From assembly GCA_018662325.1 (NCBI GenBank), contig JABJGM010000014.1, forward strand, positions 8,237-72,236: a stretch of 64,000 nucleotides of DNA, in the 5' to 3' direction. The notes below the pieces were generated by a model, which saw nothing but the letters and a program-made list of their open reading frames with translations, was not told the DNA's origin and made no database searches. Below, piece by piece: positions 56,185-64,000 of this stretch. The stretch's first letter is position 1. Each line of letters begins with the position of its first letter. The translations under genes and the position numbers were made by a program. Source of the stretch: a bacterium. Lineage in GTDB: Bacteria > Patescibacteriota > Gracilibacteria > UBA1369 > GCA-2718715.

Positions 56185-57639
56185 CTATAAATTTAAATTT
56201 TGCTTTATTGAGTTAATAAGGTTATTTAATTTCACATCTTTTTTCAAGCCCTTTTCAATTTTTTGACAGGCGTGCATAATAGTAGTGTGATTTCTACCAC
56301 CAAACTCATGTCCAATTTTTTCAAAAGATAAGCTGAAATCAATTCTTAAAATATATATACATAATTGACGTGGAACCATTATGTCCCTAGTTCGTCTTGA
56401 TCCGATTAAATCAAATTTAGTTAAAGAAAAGAAAGCCGCTACAGACTCAATAACTTGAGAAGGAGTTAAAGCTATGTTTTTTTCTTCGGTATAATTTTGA
56501 TTAGATGGAAATGCCGTTGAGTTCAAAGCTAACTTACCTAATTTTTGTAAAATTTTTGTAACTGATCCAATAGTTGGAGGCGCACCCTCTAACCTACTTT
56601 GTGCAATAACCTGTGTCAAAATACCTTCCAACTCACGAATAGAAGAGTTAATATTTACAGCAATAAATTCTAGTACTTCAGAAGATATAATGGCATGTAA
56701 TTCCTGTGCTTTAGACATTAGAATAGCTAGACACGTCTCGTAATCAGGTAAAGTAACATCTACTATCATTCCCATTTCAAATCTTGATACAAGGCGATCC
56801 TCAACCCCCTCAAGGTCTGAAGGTGGTTTATCAGAGCTAATAATAATTTGCTTGTTCTCATGATACAGTTCATTAAAGGTGTGAAAAAATTCTTCTTGTG
56901 TTCTTCCCTTCCCAGCCAGAAATTGAATATCATCAATAACTAAGCAGTCAACTTTTCTATATTTTGCCCGAAAACCTCTAACATTATTTTTTTTGATTGC
57001 CTCAACAATTTCATTAGTAAATTTTTCAGCAGTTAAATAAACAACAACGTAATCTTTATAATTATTTAAAACTGCATTTCCACAAGCTTGTAATAAATGA
57101 GTTTTACCCAAGCCTACATCACCATAAATAAATAAAGGATTATAAGAACTACCAGGACTCTTTGAAACAGCTTGACAAGCAGCAAATGCCAAACGTGAAT
57201 TAGTACCTACCACGAAACTAGATAACTGGTATTTAGGATTCAACATTTTAGAAACAATAGTTTGATCCTGACCACTTGAATTAGAAAATTTATAACTAAT
57301 TTCATTTCTATTCGAAATTTTACGTGCCTTTCTTTTACTTGAATCTAAAATATTTGTAACATCAACTCCTTTAGAATCTGACTTTAAAGTAGTATCTATC
57401 GCAAACTCAACAGGTTGATTAAATCCTAAACCTTTTAATTCATCACAAATAAAATCCTTATATTTTTTTTCAAACCAATCCTTAGCAAAAATACTTGGAA
57501 CACCGACGATAGTATTTTTATCATTCTGACTTAATATATTAGTATCTTGAAACCAAACTAAAAAATCAGTTTTCTTAACCTGTTTCGAAACAGATTTTAA
57601 TACATCAATCCATAAATTTGTTAAATTACTAACGGTCAT
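56185..57639 (-). CDS. dnaA: chromosomal replication initiator protein DnaA
   Basis: 484 aa. AAA+ Walker A GDVGLGKTHLL, box VII, and a C-terminal DNA-binding domain (GGRNHTTIMHACQKI). Confidence 0.95.
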   Translation of the reverse strand: MTVSNLTNLWIDVLKSVSKQVKKTDFLVWFQDTNILSQNDKNTIVGVPSIFAKDWFEKKYKDFICDELKGLGFNQPVEFAIDTTLKSDSKGVDVTNILDSSKRKARKISNRNEISYKFSNSSGQDQTIVSKMLNPKYQLSSFVVGTNSRLAFAACQAVSKSPGSSYNPLFIYGDVGLGKTHLLQACGNAVLNNYKDYVVVYLTAEKFTNEIVEAIKKNNVRGFRAKYRKVDCLVIDDIQFLAGKGRTQEEFFHTFNELYHENKQIIISSDKPPSDLEGVEDRLVSRFEMGMIVDVTLPDYETCLAILMSKAQELHAIISSEVLEFIAVNINSSIRELEGILTQVIAQSRLEGAPPTIGSVTKILQKLGKLALNSTAFPSNQNYTEEKNIALTPSQVIESVAAFFSLTKFDLIGSRRTRDIMVPRQLCIYILRIDFSLSFEKIGHEFGGRNHTTIMHACQKIEKGLKKDVKLNNLINSIKQNLNL

Positions 57640-57652
57640 AAAATTTAGTTGG

Positions 57653-59176
57653 TTACAATCTTATAATATCAAAAATAGTTACAATTAAAATAAAAAACAT
57701 TAAAAGTCCAAAAGAAACTAACGTAAGAAGATTAACATACTTCCTAGAGACTGGTTTACCAAGAATTGCCTCCCATAAAACAATCATAATTCTTCCACCA
57801 TCTAGAACAGGAATCGGAAGAATATTAATTGCAGCTAAAGTTAAAGAAATCAAGGCTATAAATTGCATTAATTGAGTACCACCAATTGAAACATAATCAT
57901 AACTCATTTTAAAAACAGCTACTGGTCCGCCAACGTCTTTACTAACTTCAAAACTCGTAAAAAAACTAAATATAGTTTCAACAAATGATTTCATTATAGT
58001 CCAAGACATAGAAAAACCATCTTTAAAAGATGTTAAAAAAGCACTAAAAAATGGCAGCTTAACATCAGCAATATCATTGATAGTGTAAACTAAAGAATCA
58101 AGATAAAAGGTGCTATTTAAATCAATTGAATTATAAATAGGATTCAAAACCATACCCGTAATGCCTTTTGAATCAGGTGTAATACTAAGATTTAAAGAGT
58201 TCTTAGTTAAATCATTAAAAGAATAGATGATACTATCTTGATCTAAATCCTGAACAAATTTTGAAAAATTCTGAATTTGATTAACATCTACATTATTAAC
58301 AGCAGTCAAAGTAAATCCTTTTTTAACACCCGCAGACATAGCACTTGAATCTTTATAAACATCTAAGACTGTAAATTCAGAAACCACAGAACCAAGCTGA
58401 ATATCTCTAATTTCCTGAGTTTTAGGATTCATAACGCTTAAGTAAACATTATCCTTAGGATCATTTAAATTTGTTAAAAAATCTTGATAAGATGAAAAAT
58501 TATTTGAATTAACAGATAAAATTAAATCATTCTTTTGAAACAACTGACTATCACTTAAGATATTAAGAACAGGCAGTTCTATAAAATTTTTAAATTTAAT
58601 ACCAAATTCTCTTAAAGCTGAAATATCATCAAACTCTAAATTTGAATCAACCAAGTATTTACCATCTATAAGTTCTATACTGGAATCTAAGGTGATTTGA
58701 GATTCGGCATCTGAACCTTTTACCAAAGAATCAATTTCCAATCCAGGTGAAACCTGAATTTGATCTGTATTAATTTCATTTACAAACTGATCATAGCTTT
58801 GAATTAATTTAGGAACACCAAACGAAAAAGCTGCTGTCATTAAGACTAAATAAACTAAAAAATTCATAAAAACCCCAGCAAGTAAAATTTTAATTTTTTG
58901 CCATGGAGTTTTATAAACAAAGGATTTTGATTTTATTAACTTTGAAGAAGAGTCATCTGCAGTATCACCGTGCAATTTCACATACCCACCTAATGGTAAT
59001 AAGGCAAAAGAAAACTTAGTCCCCCCTTTTTTAAAAGAGATTAATCTAGGAGGAAAACCAATAGAAAACTCTTCAACTTTCACACCATTTCTTTTAGCTG
59101 CTAAATAATGACCAAATTCATGTATGAATATTAGAAAATAAACAATAATAAAAACAATAAAAATATTAAAAAACAT
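57653..59176 (-). CDS. rseP: site-2 (RIP) zinc metalloprotease RseP family, M50
   Basis: 507 aa. HEFGHYLAA, a PDZ-containing middle, and NILPIPVLDGGR. Confidence 0.85.
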   Translation of the reverse strand: MFFNIFIVFIIVYFLIFIHEFGHYLAAKRNGVKVEEFSIGFPPRLISFKKGGTKFSFALLPLGGYVKLHGDTADDSSSKLIKSKSFVYKTPWQKIKILLAGVFMNFLVYLVLMTAAFSFGVPKLIQSYDQFVNEINTDQIQVSPGLEIDSLVKGSDAESQITLDSSIELIDGKYLVDSNLEFDDISALREFGIKFKNFIELPVLNILSDSQLFQKNDLILSVNSNNFSSYQDFLTNLNDPKDNVYLSVMNPKTQEIRDIQLGSVVSEFTVLDVYKDSSAMSAGVKKGFTLTAVNNVDVNQIQNFSKFVQDLDQDSIIYSFNDLTKNSLNLSITPDSKGITGMVLNPIYNSIDLNSTFYLDSLVYTINDIADVKLPFFSAFLTSFKDGFSMSWTIMKSFVETIFSFFTSFEVSKDVGGPVAVFKMSYDYVSIGGTQLMQFIALISLTLAAINILPIPVLDGGRIMIVLWEAILGKPVSRKYVNLLTLVSFGLLMFFILIVTIFDIIRL

Positions 59177-59179
59177 AAA

Positions 59180-59737
59180 TTAAACTTTTAAAATATCAGA
59201 CTCTTTTTCCTTTGTTTTATTATCGATTGTAGTATTTGCAACATCGACAATTTCCTGTAGTTTCTTTTCAAATGAAGTCATATCATCTCTTGAAATTTCA
59301 TCACTTGAAAGTAAATCTTTAACTCTTTGAATTTGCTTCTGTCGAGCTTGTCTTACAGTAACCTTAGTTTCCTCAGAAACTTTTTTAACAACTTTAACTA
59401 AATCTCGTCTTCTTTCTTCGGTTAAAGGAGGAATATTTATAATAATACTGTCTGCAAGTGTATTTGGATTTAAATTCAAATTTGCAGAAATTATACCAGT
59501 TTCAATAGACTTAAGTATTGATTTATCAAAAGGCTTAATTGATACGGTTTTATTATCTGGAATTGTAATTTGAGCTACATTTTTCATTGGTTGAGAACTC
59601 CCATAAGCAATAATAGAAATATCTTCAAACAATGATGAACTTGCTCTTCCAGTTTGAAGTTTAGAAAATTCATAATCCATATGATCTACAGATTTTTTAA
59701 ATTCTGAATTAAAAGCGTCATAATATTCATTAAACAT
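59180..59737 (-). CDS. frr: ribosome recycling factor
   Basis: 185 aa. GRASSSLFEDI and PPLTEERRRDLVK motifs. Confidence 0.9.
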   Translation of the reverse strand: MFNEYYDAFNSEFKKSVDHMDYEFSKLQTGRASSSLFEDISIIAYGSSQPMKNVAQITIPDNKTVSIKPFDKSILKSIETGIISANLNLNPNTLADSIIINIPPLTEERRRDLVKVVKKVSEETKVTVRQARQKQIQRVKDLLSSDEISRDDMTSFEKKLQEIVDVANTTIDNKTKEKESDILKV

Positions 59738-59746
59738 AGAAAAAAA

Positions 59747-60457
59747 TTAATTATTAGATGTTACTAGTGTACCTAAATTTGGATTATTGTAAACGTCTTC
59801 TAAATTCTTTAAATTAGTAAAATCAAAAACCAAAATAGGAAGATCATTCTCTTTAGCTAGTCCAAAAGCACCTAAATCCATAATATTTAAACCGCGAGAA
59901 ATAGCTTCATTAAAAGTTAAATTCTGAAATTTTATGGCATTCTTATCTTTCATAGGATCAGAAGTGTAAATACCATTAACTTTAGTAGCCTTTAAAACAA
60001 CATCACAATCAAGCTCAAGAGCTCTTAATACAGAAGCTGAATCTGTAGTCACAAAAGGACTACCTGTTCCGCCAGCTAGAACCGTGATTTTTTTATCATT
60101 AAATGATTTTCTAGCATTATGTGGAGAATAAAAGTCTATTAATCTATCATTACCAAAAGCACTAAAACAAGCAACACTCTGGGTATATTTTAAAATAGCC
60201 TCCTTCAATAAGACTGCGTTATAATTTGTAGCTAACATACCAAGCATATCAGATGTATTTCTATTTAAAGATAAATGTTTATTATCACGAAATCTCCAAA
60301 TATTTCCAGCACCAACTACAATTGCTAAACACACGTCATATTTTTGCTGAAAGCTAACTAAAGTTTTAGCTAGATTTTCAATTTTTTTAGGGTCAAAAGA
60401 ACTAGACTCCGAAGACAACAAATCACCAGAAATCTTTAAAAGTAATTTTTTATACAT
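59747..60457 (-). CDS. pyrH: UMP kinase
   Basis: 236 aa. LLKISGDLL, VVGAGNIWR, and GTGSPFVTTDSASVLRA. Confidence 0.9.
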   Translation of the reverse strand: MYKKLLLKISGDLLSSESSSFDPKKIENLAKTLVSFQQKYDVCLAIVVGAGNIWRFRDNKHLSLNRNTSDMLGMLATNYNAVLLKEAILKYTQSVACFSAFGNDRLIDFYSPHNARKSFNDKKITVLAGGTGSPFVTTDSASVLRALELDCDVVLKATKVNGIYTSDPMKDKNAIKFQNLTFNEAISRGLNIMDLGAFGLAKENDLPILVFDFTNLKNLEDVYNNPNLGTLVTSNN

Positions 60458-60461
60458 AAAC

Positions 60462-60935
60462 TCATATTAATTTAACAAAAAGAAAGAGAAATATAGAAAC
60501 AAAAACTCCAATCAATACCCCTTTTATTAATTGGTTGGAGGTATTTTCATTTAAAGACTGAGAATCTTTAGAATTAATTATAGACATCAAAAAAGTTGAA
60601 TTAACAACAATCTCTTGATCACTTAAAACATCAAATTCAAGACTTGCTGAGTCAATCATATCCAAAAAAGATTTTAAATTAATCTTTAAATATTTATCTT
60701 GAATAGAAGGAATATTCTTTATATCAATATTGAAATTAGAACTAGAACTAGTTATTTTTTTTGCAGTTAATTCTGAATCAAAATTTTTAAGATTGAAATT
60801 ATTATCTTCTTGATTTTCAAAGCTATCAGAAGGAGTTAACTGGGATTTTTCTTCAACTTGGAAATCTAATGAATTAACGACTTTCTCAAGACCTTTAATT
60901 TTTGAAATTGGAATTAAAATTTCTTTTTTCTCCAT
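60462..60935 (-). CDS. hypothetical tail-anchored membrane protein
   Basis: 157 aa with a single C-terminal TM helix (VLIGVFVSIFLFLFV). Confidence 0.45.
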   Translation of the reverse strand: MEKKEILIPISKIKGLEKVVNSLDFQVEEKSQLTPSDSFENQEDNNFNLKNFDSELTAKKITSSSSNFNIDIKNIPSIQDKYLKINLKSFLDMIDSASLEFDVLSDQEIVVNSTFLMSIINSKDSQSLNENTSNQLIKGVLIGVFVSIFLFLFVKLI

Positions 60936-60974
60936 AAAAAAATTTATTTACTTAAATTTTAAACAAAATAAAAA

Positions 60975-60999
60975 AAAAGACCAAATTTATTGGTCTTTT
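60975..60999 (-). terminator. rho-independent terminator after groEL
   Basis: On the minus strand, AAAAGACCAA-taaat-TTGGTCTTTTTTTTT. Confidence 0.75.
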
Positions 61000-61004
61000 T
61001 AAAT

Positions 61005-62639
<1,635 letters not shown>

Positions 62640-62645
62640 TTAAAT

Positions 62646-62936
62646 TTATTTATTAATTTTTGCTAATACATCCTTCTGAGGAATAACTAAATATTTCTCA
62701 CCATCAATTTCAAACTCATCTGTGGCATATTTTCTAAAAACAATCTTGTCACCAATAGAAATTGTCATATTAGAAAGAGTACCATTTTCAAGCTCTCTTC
62801 CTGGACCAACAGCAATAACCTCACCTTGACCAGGCTTAGCATCTTTTGATTCTGGAATATAAAAGGATGATTTAGTAGTATCTTCTTTTAGAGGTAAAAT
62901 TACTAAGTTTTCACCTAATGGAATTAATTTAGACAT
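62646..62936 (-). CDS. groES: co-chaperonin GroES
   Basis: 96 aa, immediately upstream of groEL. Mobile-loop and beta-barrel pattern. Confidence 0.95.
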   Translation of the reverse strand: MSKLIPLGENLVILPLKEDTTKSSFYIPESKDAKPGQGEVIAVGPGRELENGTLSNMTISIGDKIVFRKYATDEFEIDGEKYLVIPQKDVLAKINK

Positions 62937-62949
62937 AATAAAAATTAAA

Positions 62950-62976
62950 TTAGCACCCTCATAGTACGAGTGCTAA
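62950..62976 (-). promoter_or_regulatory. CIRCE operator (HrcA binding site) upstream of groES-groEL
   Basis: In gene orientation it reads TTAGCACTC-N9-GGGTGCTAA, against the consensus TTAGCACTC-N9-GAGTGCTAA (1 mismatch). Confidence 0.85.
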
Positions 62977-62989
62977 TTTTATTTTGCAA
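62961..62989 (-). promoter_or_regulatory. groESL promoter overlapping CIRCE
   Basis: TTGCAA-N17-TACTAT. The -10 hexamer lies in the CIRCE spacer. ATG at 62936. Confidence 0.6.
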
Positions 62990-63029
62990 TAGATTTTTTT
63001 ATTTTTTTACTTTTATTTAACTTCTTAAA

Positions 63030-64000
63030 TTAAGCAGCGAAATCTTCAACTCTTTTCTCTCTTATAACATTGACTTTTATTTGGCCTTGATAAGCTAAAT
63101 CATGATGAATTTTACTAGCAATTTGAGAAGAAAGCTTTTTAGTTTCTAAGTCATCTAACTTATCTGCATCTACAATCACCCTTACTTCTTGACCGGTATG
63201 TAAAGCAAAAACATTTTTAACACCACCAAAATCCTTCGCAACAGATTCTAGCTCAGACATTCTTTTAACAAAAGACTCCATATTATTCTTATTCATATTA
63301 GGACGAGATAAAGCCAGTTTCGTAGCGATTTTAACTATAATAGCATCCATAGATTCGTTCTTAACATTTTCCTTTTGTTGCTTTATTGACTCTACAATAT
63401 CAGAAGAAACTCCATATTTCTTACAAATATCTGCACTAATATCCTCCATTTCACCAGTAACTTCATGATCAACTGACTGTCCAACAAATTTTAAAAGAGC
63501 AATCTTTTTTAAATTCATTGATTTATACCCAAGACTTGATGCAATTACAATAGATAAAGCACCGACATTTAAAGCAAATTTCAAGAGATTTTGAGACTGA
63601 ATTGTTCTAAATTTCAATTTACCAAGTAAAGATAATAAATCGTCAGAAAGACCTGCCACATTTGCTTCAAAACAGGCTTTTTGACCCAAATCGAAAACTA
63701 AAGTTTCAACTTCAGAAATAACCTTTTTTACAACTTCTTCAATTCTAGCTGGATTAATTCTACCATCCGAAAGTAATCTTTCTAAAGAAACTTTAGCTAC
63801 GTACCTACGAAGCAAATCAAAAGCTGATATAAGAACCACGCCAGGAGTATCATCTACTACTACATCAACACCAGTCAATCTCTCAAAGGTTTGAATATTT
63901 CTTCCTTCCTTACCAATAATTCTACCTTTCATATCATCACTAGGAAGGTTAACAACAGTAGATGTATTTTCAGAAGCAACTTCCGAAGCAATCTTTTGCA
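63030..64000 (-). CDS. rny: ribonuclease Y (C-terminal about 320 aa; N-terminus beyond the window end)
   Basis: KH domain DDMKGRIIGKEGRNIQTFERLTGVD and an HD domain. The frame stays open upstream of the track's Met (..QKIASEVASENTSTVVNLPSDD) up to position 64000. Confidence 0.9.
   Translation of the reverse strand, partial: QKIASEVASENTSTVVNLPSDDMKGRIIGKEGRNIQTFERLTGVDVVVDDTPGVVLISAFDLLRRYVAKVSLERLLSDGRINPARIEEVVKKVISEVETLVFDLGQKACFEANVAGLSDDLLSLLGKLKFRTIQSQNLLKFALNVGALSIVIASSLGYKSMNLKKIALLKFVGQSVDHEVTGEMEDISADICKKYGVSSDIVESIKQQKENVKNESMDAIIVKIATKLALSRPNMNKNNMESFVKRMSELESVAKDFGGVKNVFALHTGQEVRVIVDADKLDDLETKKLSSQIASKIHHDLAYQGQIKVNVIREKRVEDFAA

Overview
The window is AT-rich (about 30% G+C by eye, not computed) and very compact. 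It holds about 63 protein-coding genes in 64 kb, and only two non-coding gaps exceed 200 bp. The standard genetic code applies: long ORFs are intact and TGA is used as a stop. Content is mostly housekeeping. It includes translation factors and ribosomal proteins (rplU, pth, obg, trpS, gatCA, frr, L25, hpf), replication and repair genes (dnaA, dnaG, priA, holA-like, ruvC, recO-like), transcription genes (rpoD, greA), chaperones (groESL with a CIRCE operator), secretion and envelope genes (fused secDF, lgt-like, prepilin peptidase, MraY/WecA-type GT4, Mur ligase, mltG, rseP, LD-carboxypeptidase), glycolysis and nucleotide genes (pyk, gpmI, tpiA, pyrG, pyrH, glmS) and relA/spoT. RNase Y, long HPF, CIRCE, fused SecDF, many shortened or divergent enzymes and an archaeal-type TIM suggest a reduced-genome Gram-positive-like, possibly Patescibacteria/CPR-type, bacterium; this is inference only. 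I saw no rRNA, tRNA, CRISPR array, transposase, integrase or reverse transcriptase. I did not find a clear-cut new multi-gene system. The best candidates for follow-up are:

- A tandem pair of coiled-coil/pentapeptide-repeat/HTH-like paralogs at 17.5-21.1 kb. One is frameshifted, and they share a 102-nt identical block inside diverged genes.
- A 179-nt leader with a 30-codon uORF and mutually exclusive hairpins upstream of an ABC-F ATPase. This gene sits next to a third pentapeptide-repeat protein and an MccF/LdcA-type peptidase, which could form a target-protection or immunity cluster.
- A parvulin-like domain inserted into the periplasmic head of SecDF.
- A 559-aa protein of unknown function built from two 286-codon repeats and driven by a consensus promoter.
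- A DnaG primase that has lost three of its four zinc ligands.
- dnaA embedded in a co-directional gene string with no adjacent oriC-like sequence.
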